From contig WJMK01000014.1 in assembly GCA_014727975.1 (NCBI GenBank), positions 2,558-66,557 on the forward strand: 64,000 bases of DNA. The letters run 5' to 3'. Both the position numbers and the translations under genes were made by a program. This document shows, one piece after another, positions 38,386 to 47,937 of this stretch (position 1 is its first letter; every line of letters starts with the position of its first letter). The notes below the pieces were generated by a model. The model ran no database searches, had not been told where the DNA came from, and worked only from the letters and a program-made list of their open reading frames with translations. The stretch is from Candidatus Micrarchaeota archaeon (GTDB lineage Archaea; Micrarchaeota; Micrarchaeia; Anstonellales; Bilamarchaeaceae).

Positions 38386-39858
38386 CTAATCCTCCTCCAC
38401 TTCTGCAGGCCTTAGCTTGAAGCCGGCAATCCTCTGCGAAACTATATGCAGTTCCACATCATATGGCTGCCCTGCAATCTCAACCTGGTCCCCGTCCCTG
38501 AGTTCCTGGATGCCAGAGAATATGCTCAATGCAAGTTCCTGGTTCTCAGCACTTATGATAAGGGAGGGCTCCGGATGCCTAAGCACAAATTCCTTTATTG
38601 TGCTCCCAATCCAGACATATGCTTTCCTTTCTTCGGCAGAGATTACCTCCTCTGAGATATAGTCTGCCCCAGGGTATTCATATGAAAAGAGTGGGAAGCC
38701 TTCGAAAGTATTTTCGGTCCAGGTTACAGTCAGGCCCGCGCATGAAAGGGAGTCAAATGGCTCCTCAAGCACCCCATAGTCCGCATATTTCGAAAAGCGG
38801 ACATGGTGGGCTTCGCTGTCCTGGCCAATGTCAATAAAGTTCTGGGTTGTTGACCTCATCTCCATCTCATTCGGGTACTCGCCCGGAACAGTTGCAAATG
38901 CAGGGGAGATGTATGGGTCGAACTCAGTAAGCTCGAAAACAAAGTCTGAAACAGTGCCGGGGCATTCGTGGTCTTCCCCTGTTTGGATGTCAGGCAGGAA
39001 GCCATGCACGTGGCTTTGCACATAAACTCTCTGGATTATTGTTTCGCTGAACTCATATTCTTCTGGAGGTGAAAGCGAACCATTGTCCACATACTCGCAA
39101 TGCATAAACCCGTCTTCATTGTCTGTTATGAGATGGGCAATAAGGTCTCCACTCTCGAGCTGGTATACTCCGCAGAGAGTTATCTGCTGCTCAAGCCCTC
39201 CCATGCTGACAGTAAGAGAATGTGTGTCTGCAAGGTCGAACACAAAGTAGGAAGAAAGGTCTCCCTCTTCAACTACTTCCCCTTCAAAGTTTACATTCTC
39301 CCAGTTTTCATTAAGGAAAACGACTTCTGCGATTTGCTCGCTGAAGCTCATGTTTACGAGTTTCATCCAGTGGCCTACCGGCCCAAGGAGCTCTTTCTCA
39401 TCAAGGCCAAGGAGTGACTCGTGGTCTTTGCCTTCATAAACTCCGCACTCTGGCCCTTCGCTGGAACCCGTATCTGTGCCTGTATCAGTATCACTATCCG
39501 TATCTGTATCAACATCCGCTGATGCATCAGGGCCGGCATCCTGGCCTTTTGAGCCTTCGCATTCAGAGCATGCAACAACAAGCATCCCTACTCCTGCTGC
39601 AAGGAACATGGCTGTTGCGCCCCTCCCTGCTTTCTTTGCAAGCCTGCCGACAGCCCTGAGTGACCGCATGGCCCTGCCTTCTTCATGTGGCTCTTCAGAA
39701 ATATCTGCGCCAAGAGCCCTACCATGCCTCCCTGTGGACGACTTGGGAATTGCACGGCCTGCCTGGTGGCGGCCGTTTGGGGCGGGTTCTTCCATTCTAT
39801 TGACAATCTCTCTGCCTCTACTCATTGAATCACCATAATTAGTAGTAATTTGTAGCAA
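38386..39858 (-). CDS. Lipoprotein-like secreted protein with Asp/Thr repeat linker
   Basis: Hydrophobic segment ATAMFLAAGVGMLVVACS, then DVDTDTDSDTDTGTDTGSS linker and a large unknown domain. Start uncertain. Confidence 0.65.
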   Translation of the reverse strand: MLQITTNYGDSMSRGREIVNRMEEPAPNGRHQAGRAIPKSSTGRHGRALGADISEEPHEEGRAMRSLRAVGRLAKKAGRGATAMFLAAGVGMLVVACSECEGSKGQDAGPDASADVDTDTDSDTDTGTDTGSSEGPECGVYEGKDHESLLGLDEKELLGPVGHWMKLVNMSFSEQIAEVVFLNENWENVNFEGEVVEEGDLSSYFVFDLADTHSLTVSMGGLEQQITLCGVYQLESGDLIAHLITDNEDGFMHCEYVDNGSLSPPEEYEFSETIIQRVYVQSHVHGFLPDIQTGEDHECPGTVSDFVFELTEFDPYISPAFATVPGEYPNEMEMRSTTQNFIDIGQDSEAHHVRFSKYADYGVLEEPFDSLSCAGLTVTWTENTFEGFPLFSYEYPGADYISEEVISAEERKAYVWIGSTIKEFVLRHPEPSLIISAENQELALSIFSGIQELRDGDQVEIAGQPYDVELHIVSQRIAGFKLRPAEVEED

Positions 39859-39897
39859 GTAAAGTTTATAAATATAAGTTAGTTTTGCAGGAATAAA

Positions 39898-40563
39898 ATG
39901 GGCGCAGAAAAACTACAAATACACAAAAAGTTTCAAAGCAATAAATTCTTTTCCATGCACAGTAGTGGCATGGCAAGGAAAAAAGGCCAGGGGGTTGATG
40001 TCAGGTTCCCGCAGCTGCTGAAAGGAATGAAAAGGGGGCCCGCGGTGATAATCCCCAAAGACATTGGGATGGTTATTTCTTACACCGGGATAGGAAAAAA
40101 AAGCAAAGTTGTTGAAGCTGGTGCGGGTTCGGGCTTTGCAACTATTGTGCTCGGCAACATTGCAAAAAGCGTTGTTTCCTATGAAAGGAATGCAGATTTC
40201 TGTGAGCTTGCAAAAAATAATGCTGCAAAGGCAGGGCTGAAGAATGTGAAGATAAAGAAAACAGATGTCCTGGAGAAGGGCATAAAGGAAAAAAACGTGG
40301 ACCTCGTGCTCCTGGACATGCCTGAATCCCAGAAGGCCGTAGGGGGGGCGCACAAGGCACTTGCAAAGGATGGATATCTGGTGGGGTTCCTCCCGAATAT
40401 GGAGCAGGCCAAGGAATTCTATTTTGCATCTGAGGCAGAAGGCTTCTCTGATATTTTCATGCTAGAAAGCATTGTGCGCGAATATGATGTGAGGGTTTAT
40501 GGGGTGCGGCCAAAGCACGTTGGGCTAACGCACACAGCATACCTTGTGTTTGCAAGGAAATAG
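39898..40563 (+). CDS. tRNA (adenine-N1)-methyltransferase-like, TrmI/m1A58 family
   Basis: GPAVIIPKDIGMVISYTGIGKKSKVVEAGAGSGFATIVLGNIA and DLVLLDMPESQKAVGGAHKALAKDGYLVGFLPNMEQ. Confidence 0.88.
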   Translation: MGAEKLQIHKKFQSNKFFSMHSSGMARKKGQGVDVRFPQLLKGMKRGPAVIIPKDIGMVISYTGIGKKSKVVEAGAGSGFATIVLGNIAKSVVSYERNADFCELAKNNAAKAGLKNVKIKKTDVLEKGIKEKNVDLVLLDMPESQKAVGGAHKALAKDGYLVGFLPNMEQAKEFYFASEAEGFSDIFMLESIVREYDVRVYGVRPKHVGLTHTAYLVFARK

Positions 40564-40619
40564 GGTTGGATTTCTGCACTCGAAAGCTATTTAAACATAC
40601 TCATACACAAATAATCACC

Positions 40620-41567
40620 ATGGATAAAGACACTCCAGTGGGAACCAGGGAAAGAACTTCGAGCATCCCGCCAAAAACCAATGTAATCCTCCTCCGCCCG
40701 GTGCGGAGTGCCCTGGGGGCACAAAGGATACGCCGCCCCCTTCCTATAGAAGGCGCAAAGCACCTGGGCCAAGTTGAACGAATAGAAGAGGGCCCGCTAA
40801 AAGAATACAAAAAACTTTCAATTGAACTGGAGAGGGCCCTTGATGAGATTATTTCCGGGAGTGAAAAACCAGTCAGGGCAAAGAAAAGGTCGGGCCCGCG
40901 GCCCAGTGCAATAGAGGGCGCAAGCGTGCCCCACACTGGAAAAGTCTCTATAAGAAAGGAGGAGATAATTTCAAAACTAAGGGCAGTGCGGGAGCGCTTC
41001 TGCATTGACTTGGAAGAAAGGAGGGCAACTACACTCATCAACAATATGGACAAGGGATGCCCCGCATCAATAAACCCGGGAGACCCGGATTTCTCAAAGC
41101 CCTCAGTAATGGAGGCAGTGCTTGTGGTTTTGCGGCAGGCAAGGGATTTTGCAAAGGAAATCTGGGAATCAGAAGAATACACCAGGGTAGATGAGAAGCT
41201 TGAACTGTACGATGGGCTCGTTTCCAGGATTATTGCAACTGAAGATGCCCTTTCAGAACAGGAGAGTCTTGCAAGGAAAAAGATTGTGCTCAAAGGAAGG
41301 CCTGGGGGGGCAAAAATAGGCAGGAAGGAACTAATGGAATTATTCAGAAGTACAATGCTTGGGGAGATAAAACAGAATGAAGAGGGAGAGGAGATGTACC
41401 ATACTCCTGAAACTTCAGATTATATGTGGAAGGCGGGGCAGGTGGATGAAGCAATTGAATTTGCAAGAGATGTCCTTGCAACACTGGAAACAGGGGCCAG
41501 AATGATTTATGCCAAGAGGAGGGAACCATTCAGTGTGGTTGGGGAAGATGAAAAGAACGGTGCTTAA
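40620..41567 (+). CDS. Uncharacterised helical charged protein
   Basis: Long ORF 40566..41567 with a more plausible start MDKDTP at 40620; no recognised motif. Confidence 0.6.
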   Translation: MDKDTPVGTRERTSSIPPKTNVILLRPVRSALGAQRIRRPLPIEGAKHLGQVERIEEGPLKEYKKLSIELERALDEIISGSEKPVRAKKRSGPRPSAIEGASVPHTGKVSIRKEEIISKLRAVRERFCIDLEERRATTLINNMDKGCPASINPGDPDFSKPSVMEAVLVVLRQARDFAKEIWESEEYTRVDEKLELYDGLVSRIIATEDALSEQESLARKKIVLKGRPGGAKIGRKELMELFRSTMLGEIKQNEEGEEMYHTPETSDYMWKAGQVDEAIEFARDVLATLETGARMIYAKRREPFSVVGEDEKNGA

Positions 41568-41604
41568 CTTTTAAGTATTTCGGCTCATTATTTTTCAACT
41601 TTTC

Positions 41605-41765
41605 GGGCTTATAGCTCAGTAGTAGAGCGCTCGCCTTGCAACAGGCTGTCCGGCCTACAACGTTGCTTCCCCGCGCACCCCCCCGTGCGCTCCCTCCAGC
41701 AACGTTGGCTAAAGGGCTGCCTGCGGGAACGCGAGAGGCCGGGGGTGCGAATCCCCCTAAGTCCA
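41605..41765 (+). tRNA. tRNA-Ala(TGC) with a long (about 87-88 nt), strongly folded intron
   Basis: GGGCTTA/TAAGTCC acceptor, GCTC...GAGC D arm, CTCGC-CTTGCA..GCGAG anticodon arm split by an intron, GGGGG-TGCGAAT-CCCCC T arm. Confidence 0.88.
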
Positions 41766-41859
41766 TCGATTTTTTCCCTGGTTTTACCCGAAGCAAAAAT
41801 CGTCAAAAAACACGGTTTTACGTTGCCCCATGAAATTTTTCTCTGCTGTTTTTTGCTAC

Positions 41860-41950
41860 TGTAAAAATTTTATAATCTGTGTAGCCTCCGGTTACATCTC
41901 TTGAGCAGAGCTCAAGAAAACATGGCTCCTGTTAACCTGGACTTTTTGTT
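41860..41950 (+). ncRNA. Possible short structured RNA, copy A of hairpin element family
   Basis: TATA-like ttttataa, then GGTTAcatctCTTGAGCagaGCTCAAGaaaacatggctcctgtTAACC and a T-rich end. Confidence 0.35.
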
Positions 41951-42019
41951 TTCTGCTGGGATTGGGTATATTTATAAATACAAATGAACGTTAACAATAC
42001 CAACCCCTTAGAGTAAAAC

Positions 42020-42094
42020 AGCGGGATAGGGGAGTCTGGAGTTCCCGCCGGGCTCATAACCCGGAGGTCGATGGTTCAAATCCATCTCCCGCTA
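42020..42094 (+). tRNA. tRNA-Met(CAT), initiator-type
   Basis: AGCGGGA/TCCCGCT acceptor with A1-U72; CCGGG-CTCATAA-CCCGG anticodon arm; GATGG-TTCAAAT-CCATC T arm. Confidence 0.92.
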
Positions 42095-42119
42095 AAATTT
42101 TTTTCTGCTGCTTTAACCT

Positions 42120-42268
42120 GCCGTAAAAATTTTATAATCTAATTGAGCTTCGCTTGCTTCTCACAGTGTGAATCAAAGCGGGCAAAGCCCGGCATAGCAC
42201 TTGCTTCACAATCTGGCTCTTGAGCAGAGCTCAAAAAACATGGCCCGTTTTAGCCTGGCCTTTTTGTT
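42120..42268 (+). ncRNA. Possible structured RNA/hairpin element, copy B with large insert hairpin
   Basis: gtaaaaattttataatct box shared with copy A, then cttctcacagtgtgaatcaaagcgggcaaagcccggcatagcacttgcttcacaatctggctcTTGAGCagaGCTCAAaaaacatggcccgttttagcctggcctttttg. Confidence 0.4.
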
Positions 42269-42269
42269 T

Positions 42270-42623
42270 TTACTTCGAATCGCACTTGATCAGGGTGTGC
42301 TCATCAATCCTTCCATTTAACTCGCCTTTTTTGTTAAAGGCAAAAACAGAAACGTGGCACTTGTAGAGATGGGAGCGCACGTTGTGCTCAGTATATATCT
42401 TGATTGGCTTTGAGCAGGACTCCCTGCCCTCACAGATGCCTACCCTGAACCTGCCTGCGCGCACACTCCGGTTTGGCTTGAGGGAGAGCCCTGACTCAAG
42501 GGTTATTTCCGCTTCAAGCCAGCTTGGGTTTTCAGTGCTGGAATTCGCATCCACAATAAGGTCTATTGTTTTTCCGGGGTAAGCCGGGATTGATTCAGGA
42601 TAAGTGCTCAGGCTGATTCTCAT
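42270..42623 (-). CDS. Small beta-rich (CARDB/Ig-like) protein, uncharacterised
   Basis: MRISLSTYPESIPAYPGKTIDLIVDANSSTENPSWLEAEITL; start chosen inside ORF 42270..42653. Confidence 0.5.
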   Translation of the reverse strand: MRISLSTYPESIPAYPGKTIDLIVDANSSTENPSWLEAEITLESGLSLKPNRSVRAGRFRVGICEGRESCSKPIKIYTEHNVRSHLYKCHVSVFAFNKKGELNGRIDEHTLIKCDSK

Positions 42624-42682
42624 GTTCCCACCACTAAAATATGGTGCAACCAAGGAATTTAATTGTTGTGGGTGAATAGGAT

Positions 42683-43126
42683 TTGATGATTCCGGAGGCA
42701 GAGCTAATCAAAAGGGAGCTTGTAGTGAGGAACATGGCACTTACAGATGATGTAAGGCTTACCCGCAAATCCCTTGTGCGCTGGATTGCGCTTTCCCTGG
42801 GGCTCATTTCCCCAAACGAGAGCCGCACTATTGTTATTGATGTGCTGGATGTGCTGCTCAAGGAGTTTGCACACGGGAAAAGGCCCACTACCAAAGAAAT
42901 CTACGAAAAAGTAAGCAAGAAAAGGAAGGACTCTGTTTCTGAGAAAACTGTTTACTACCACCTGCAGAGGATTGCAAACATGGGCCTTATCCAGCGGGAA
43001 AAAGGCCAGTACTTTATTTCCAAGGATAAAGAAGGGCTGAAGGAAGCGATACGGAAGGTCTATGAAAAAGAGTTTGATGAGGCCTTCGGAAACATAGGCA
43101 AGGCCCTGGATTCACTGGAAAAATAG
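42683..43126 (+). CDS. Winged-helix transcriptional regulator-like protein
   Basis: TTKEIYEKVSKKRKDSVSEKTVYYHLQRIANMGLIQREKGQYF. Confidence 0.7.
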   Translation: MMIPEAELIKRELVVRNMALTDDVRLTRKSLVRWIALSLGLISPNESRTIVIDVLDVLLKEFAHGKRPTTKEIYEKVSKKRKDSVSEKTVYYHLQRIANMGLIQREKGQYFISKDKEGLKEAIRKVYEKEFDEAFGNIGKALDSLEK

Positions 43127-43158
43127 CATAATAAAGGTTTTCGGGCAAATGTTAAACC

Positions 43159-44406
43159 ATGAGCGCATTCTCAGGATTCTACAAGAAGACTATTCAGGAG
43201 CGTTTAGAGATACTTAAAACCGAAAGGGGAATTAGTGATGAGGAAGCCAAGGTGCTGCTGGATTCCGGGGCACTTGAATTGGAAACCGCAAACCGCATGA
43301 TCGAAAATATGGTTGGGGTGAACCACCTTCCTTTGGGGGTTGTTCCTGGTTTTGTAATCAATGGAAAAAAGTATGTTGTGCCCATGTGCATTGAAGAGCC
43401 TTCGGTTGTGGCTGGGGCTGCGAAGGCTGCGAAGCTAGCGGCGCAATGCGGCGGATTTGCCGCTGATGCTGATGAGCCTGTAATGACCGGGCAGGTGCAA
43501 CTTGTGAAGGTTCCTGAAGATGCGATTGAGAAATTTGATTCTAATAAAGGGAAAATTGCAGCTAAAGCCAAGGAGCTTGCTTCCGGCATGGAGAGATATG
43601 GCGGAGGTTACAGGGAATGCGAAGCACACCTGATTGAAACTTCCAGGGGAAAAATGCTGGTTGCTGTTTTCTATGTGGATGTGCGGGATGCTATGGGGGC
43701 AAATACCCTGAATACGCTCCTGGAGGGGATTGCTCCGATGCTGGAAGAAAAAATTGGGGGGGAGGCAAGGCTGCGCATACTTACAAATCTTGCGGTCAGG
43801 AGAAAGGCCCGCGCAAAATGCATCTGGAAAAAGGAATTAATTGGCGGAGACGCGATTGAAAAAATCCTGGACGGCTATGAGCTTGCCGCAAATGACATTT
43901 ATCGCTGCTGTACCCACAATAAGGGAATAATGAATGGGGTAGACGCGGTTGCAGTTGCAACAGGCAACGACTGGAGAGCAGTGGAGGCATCGGTGCATGC
44001 ATATGCAGCGATGGATGGCTACAAGCCGTTGAATAAGTTTTACAAAAACGATGAGGGTGACCTGGTTGGGGAAATAGAACTTCCCCTCACCGTGGGCACG
44101 ATCGGAGGTGCAATCGGCACCAATCCTGTCGCACGCATAGCGCTCAAGGTTCTTGGTGTGAAAAGCGCGCAGGAACTTTCCATGGTAATGGCTGCAGTAG
44201 GACTTGCTCAGAATTTTGCAGCACTGCATGCCCTTTCTACTGTAGGCATACAAAAAGGGCATATGAAGCTGCATGCTTCCAACCTTGCGGTAATCGCAGG
44301 GGCAAAGGGTGAAGAAGTGGAGAGGGTAGTGGAAAGGATGGCCGAGCAGAAAAAATACTCTGCTGAGGCTGCGAAAGAAATACTAAAAGAAATGAGGGGT
44401 GGATAG
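43159..44406 (+). CDS. Hydroxymethylglutaryl-CoA reductase, class II (degradative-type)
   Basis: RMIENMVGVNHLPLGVVPGFVINGKKYVVPMCIEEPSVVAGAAKAAKLAAQCGGF matches the class II signature. Confidence 0.93.
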   Translation: MSAFSGFYKKTIQERLEILKTERGISDEEAKVLLDSGALELETANRMIENMVGVNHLPLGVVPGFVINGKKYVVPMCIEEPSVVAGAAKAAKLAAQCGGFAADADEPVMTGQVQLVKVPEDAIEKFDSNKGKIAAKAKELASGMERYGGGYRECEAHLIETSRGKMLVAVFYVDVRDAMGANTLNTLLEGIAPMLEEKIGGEARLRILTNLAVRRKARAKCIWKKELIGGDAIEKILDGYELAANDIYRCCTHNKGIMNGVDAVAVATGNDWRAVEASVHAYAAMDGYKPLNKFYKNDEGDLVGEIELPLTVGTIGGAIGTNPVARIALKVLGVKSAQELSMVMAAVGLAQNFAALHALSTVGIQKGHMKLHASNLAVIAGAKGEEVERVVERMAEQKKYSAEAAKEILKEMRGG

Positions 44407-45399
44407 TTGCTTTCAGTTTTCAATAATGACCTTATTGCGTACTCTGCCATTTTCCTTGTTTCAATATTGAGCAGCTATGCATTCTCCATTGGGCTTGTGC
44501 CCAGGCTAAAGAAGTTCGGGTTTGTTGGGAAGGACATGCACAAGGCCCATCACCCCGAAGTTGCAGAGATGGGGGGGATATCCATAGTTGTAGGTTTTTC
44601 TGCAGGAATACTGCTTGCTATTATGCTGAGCACGTTCAACGGCCTAACTTTCAATATCGTTTTCGTGCTTGCAGGGCTGCTTACCATACAGACACTTGCA
44701 TTCATCGGCATACTGGATGATATCCTGGATGTTCCACAATGGGCGAAGGCATTTATTCCGCTGCTTTCTGCGGTTCCGCTTATTGCAGTAAAGGCTGCCG
44801 GAAGTACTGCAATGGTTCTTCCATTCATAGGGGCTGTGGATTTCGGGATTTTTTATGTCCTCTTGCTTCTGCCTGTAGGGGTTGCAGTTGCCTCAAACCT
44901 TACAAACATGCTTGCAGGGTTCAATGGAATTGAAGCGGGGATGGGCACAGTTATTTTTGGGTGCATGGCAATAATTGCATGGGCCCATGGAAGCCCGGAA
45001 ATGCTTGTGTTGTTTGTTCCAATGCTGGGTGCATTGCTTGGCTTCCTTCCCAAGAACTGGTGCCCTGCAAGTGTTTTCCCTGGAGATGTGGGGACTCTCA
45101 CAATCGGGGCAGTGCTCGCAACCGGAGTGATAATTGGGAACCTGGAAAGTGCAGGGGCCCTTATCCTGTCCCTCTACGTTCTTGATTTCCTGATAAAGCT
45201 CCCAAACAGATTCCCAAAAACATTCGTGGGCCTGAAATATGGGGAGCTTGTTGCCCCAAAAGGAAGGCCGCGCGGGCTGATAGACTTGATATTGAAGCTT
45301 GGAGGCGGGGGAATGAAAGAAACAAAACTAGTACTTGTGATGATGGGGCTCCAGTTGCTTGTGGGTGCAGGTGTAATCCTACTCTTCGTACATGTCTAG
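44407..45399 (+). CDS. UDP-GlcNAc:polyprenol phosphate GlcNAc-1-P transferase-like (MraY/GPT family)
   Basis: GKDMHKAHHPEVAEMGGISIVVGF, IGILDDILDVPQWAK, LAGFNGIEAGMG, PGDVGTLTIGAVLATGVIIGNLE. Confidence 0.92.
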   Translation: MLSVFNNDLIAYSAIFLVSILSSYAFSIGLVPRLKKFGFVGKDMHKAHHPEVAEMGGISIVVGFSAGILLAIMLSTFNGLTFNIVFVLAGLLTIQTLAFIGILDDILDVPQWAKAFIPLLSAVPLIAVKAAGSTAMVLPFIGAVDFGIFYVLLLLPVGVAVASNLTNMLAGFNGIEAGMGTVIFGCMAIIAWAHGSPEMLVLFVPMLGALLGFLPKNWCPASVFPGDVGTLTIGAVLATGVIIGNLESAGALILSLYVLDFLIKLPNRFPKTFVGLKYGELVAPKGRPRGLIDLILKLGGGGMKETKLVLVMMGLQLLVGAGVILLFVHV

Positions 45400-46119
45400 C
45401 GGAGGCGATAGGTCCCTTGCAAGGTCTATTACGCTGAATAGTTCCCGCATCCTCTCATAGTCTTTTACTCTTCCTATATCTATCCAGTATTCTCTGCTGA
45501 ATTTGTAGAATCCCAGTTTCTCATTTGCTTTGAGCATCCTTGGGAAAACATTTTTTGCAAAATCCTCTTTTGGCTTTATGTATTCCAGGGCCTTTGGCTC
45601 AAGCAGATACATTCCCGTGTTAATCAGGTAGTTGACTACGGGCTTTTCCTCAAATCCATTGATTATTTTGGTTTTTTCGTCACCATCTATTATCCCGTAT
45701 TCCAGGGACACTTTTTTCTTTTTTGCCGCAATTGTTGCAACTGCTCCTGTCTTCTCATGTGTCTTGATGAATTTTTCTATGTTTATGTTGGTTACATGGT
45801 CTCCCATAAAAACCAGGAATCTTTCATCTTTAAGCTTGTCTTTGTGCGGGTAGAGGGCCCCTGCTGTAAATAGAGCTTCATCTTCAACAAAATAATCGAT
45901 GTTTACCCCAAATTTGCTTCCGTCTTCAAAATGATTCATTATCTGCTCTTTCAGATAACCGACTGAAAGCGTGATGTCTTTTATTCCGCTTTTACGCAGA
46001 TGCTCAATCGTATACTCAAGTATATGCCTTCCTCCCAGCCAGAGCATGGGCTTAGGCACTATATATGTGTATGGCCTGAGCCTTGTACCTTCTCCTCCGC
46101 ACAATACTACTGCTTTCAT
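45379..46119 (-). CDS. Sugar-1-phosphate nucleotidyltransferase
   Basis: MKAVVLCGGEGTRLRPYTYIVPKPMLWLGGRHILEYTIEHL, FMGDHVTN, EKPVVNYLINTGMYLLEP. Confidence 0.93.
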   Translation of the reverse strand: MKAVVLCGGEGTRLRPYTYIVPKPMLWLGGRHILEYTIEHLRKSGIKDITLSVGYLKEQIMNHFEDGSKFGVNIDYFVEDEALFTAGALYPHKDKLKDERFLVFMGDHVTNINIEKFIKTHEKTGAVATIAAKKKKVSLEYGIIDGDEKTKIINGFEEKPVVNYLINTGMYLLEPKALEYIKPKEDFAKNVFPRMLKANEKLGFYKFSREYWIDIGRVKDYERMRELFSVIDLARDLSPPLDMYEE

Positions 46120-46739
46120 GCTATCACCATTAACCCAATCAATGCGCCAACAATGGAGCATATCATGTTGGTTGTACCTTTCGTACCGAAACCTTTTTCT
46201 TCAAACACCCCAAACAGGGTATCCACAAGGCCCCCTGCAAAACCTGCCAGGGCAACAAGCAAAGCGATATTTGGGGTTATCCCAAAAAGAAACATTGCAG
46301 CAATCCCCACTGCTGCAGAGCCCGCAAGTGACATTAGCGTTCCTGTGCTGCTTACTGCCCCGCTCGTGCCGGGGGCAACCTCCTTTAATCCATCCAGTGA
46401 AACAGGGTCCCCCCCAAGAACCCCAAGCTCTGAAGCAAACTTGTCTGCAGTTACCGCAGCTATCGAGCAGATATAAGGAATAGGCCCCCATCCCAGGAAA
46501 TAGCCAAGGGCAACTACGATAGTTGGCACCAATCCGTTTGAGAGCACATTTTCCCAGCTGCGGTCATGCTCATATATTCCCATCTCCTTTTTCTCGTAAT
46601 AGCCATACTTTGTTGCAAGCACGGAAAGCAGCAGGAATATGAATACAAGGACAAGGTAGGAGAAATCTCCCAGAAGAAGAATGGTTAGCCCAAATATAAA
46701 CGTAAGGGCAAGGCCGGGCTTGTCAAGCATTGCAACCAT
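46116..46739 (-). CDS. DUF92 family membrane protein
   Basis: AAVTADKFASELGVLGGDPVSLDGLKEVAPGTSGAVSSTGTLMSLAGS, with repeated Asp motifs VDTLFGVFEEKG. Confidence 0.85.
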   Translation of the reverse strand: MVAMLDKPGLALTFIFGLTILLLGDFSYLVLVFIFLLLSVLATKYGYYEKKEMGIYEHDRSWENVLSNGLVPTIVVALGYFLGWGPIPYICSIAAVTADKFASELGVLGGDPVSLDGLKEVAPGTSGAVSSTGTLMSLAGSAAVGIAAMFLFGITPNIALLVALAGFAGGLVDTLFGVFEEKGFGTKGTTNMICSIVGALIGLMVIA

Positions 46740-47710
46740 TATCCCACCTCCACAGCATTGCCTTCAGAAGAGAACTTCTTTCCAAGGAATTTCTCTATTA
46801 TGTGCATGTTGGTTTCCGTATGTTTTGTAAGGTGTGATGTTTTAAAGCTTGTTTTTCCTGCAAGGGCCGCGTATGCAAGTATCTGGTCGGCAAGGTTGTG
46901 GTCGATATCCACATCTCCCTCGCCCTCAATTGAATCAATTGCAGACTGGGCCACCTTTTCTGCGCGAAGCCCTTTTCTGCCCAGCACAGAGCACCCCACA
47001 AAGCCTCTGTAAAGCAGGAGTGCGTTTCCAGGGTCCAGGGCATTCCTTTCCCTTATGTGGACATTTTCAATTCCATTGTTGAGCAAGACCTTCTTTTCCC
47101 TCATTGCAATTCCCAGTGGGAGACCGGAAATAGAGATTATTGCCTTTGGCACTGATTCCCTTGGCCAGTATGAAACAGGTTTAGGCTTCCCGGGTTCCGC
47201 CTCCAGGATAAGCTCCCCTCCTCCCCTGGGGAAATAGCCTGCCTGGGCAAGAGCGCATTTTGCATTCAGCCCGAAAAGGGAAAGCGCTGGCAGGAAAACC
47301 TTCTCAAAATAATCGTAACCCGGTGCTTTTGGCACATCCGTGCCGCCAATTATTTTTACCCTGCTTTTTTTGGATGCTGCAAAAAGCAAGGGCAAGACAG
47401 TCTGCGCAAGCAGAGTAACCGAACCAGCAGTGCCAATATTGAATTCATATTTGCCCCCGTATATTTTTCCGGGGGCGTAAATTAACTCTCGGCTCCCTTC
47501 CTCCGCACCTTCCAGCTTGCCTCTGCAGATAGAGCGCACTGCACGGGCTCCTGCAACGTGTTGGGGCTTAAGCCCTGGTGGGCTCCTGCCTGCCCTTATG
47601 TTGAACAGCTTTAACGGGATTCCTGTTAGGGCAGAAAGCGCAAGGGATGTCCTTACAATTTGGCCGCCAGCTTCTCCAAAAGAGCCATCGATTTCAATCG
47701 CTTCCTTCAT
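46739..47710 (-). CDS. rtcA: RNA 3'-terminal phosphate cyclase
   Basis: IEIDGSFGEAGGQIVRTSLALSALTGIPLKLFNIRAGRSPPGLKPQHVAGARAV; HTGGN-like C-terminal region present. Confidence 0.93.
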   Translation of the reverse strand: MKEAIEIDGSFGEAGGQIVRTSLALSALTGIPLKLFNIRAGRSPPGLKPQHVAGARAVRSICRGKLEGAEEGSRELIYAPGKIYGGKYEFNIGTAGSVTLLAQTVLPLLFAASKKSRVKIIGGTDVPKAPGYDYFEKVFLPALSLFGLNAKCALAQAGYFPRGGGELILEAEPGKPKPVSYWPRESVPKAIISISGLPLGIAMREKKVLLNNGIENVHIRERNALDPGNALLLYRGFVGCSVLGRKGLRAEKVAQSAIDSIEGEGDVDIDHNLADQILAYAALAGKTSFKTSHLTKHTETNMHIIEKFLGKKFSSEGNAVEVG

Positions 47711-47937
47711 AAAGTTCCACCTGGGCAAGAAGATAAAAAGAATTAGGCCAGCGCAAATATCTGCGCTGGCTGGCAAGGCGACCAGTTCCTCCCCAAAATA
47801 CGCAACTGTCTATTGAACTGTAACAGGTATTTAAATGTTTCTGCTATAGGGTTGGGCAGTGTGCTTATGTGTATTTTACTTCAGAGAAGGGGCAAAGCGT
47901 TTTAAACATAACCTGATAGTTTTCTATTCGTGATATC

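Noticed and set aside
39465-39520. Tandem DNA repeat as a non-coding satellite
   Set aside because: It encodes the in-frame Asp/Thr linker of the lipoprotein.
41530-41796. 88-aa minus-strand ORF (GGFAPPASRVPAGSP...)
   Set aside because: Entirely antisense to the tRNA-Ala and its intron; artefactual translation of tRNA sequence.
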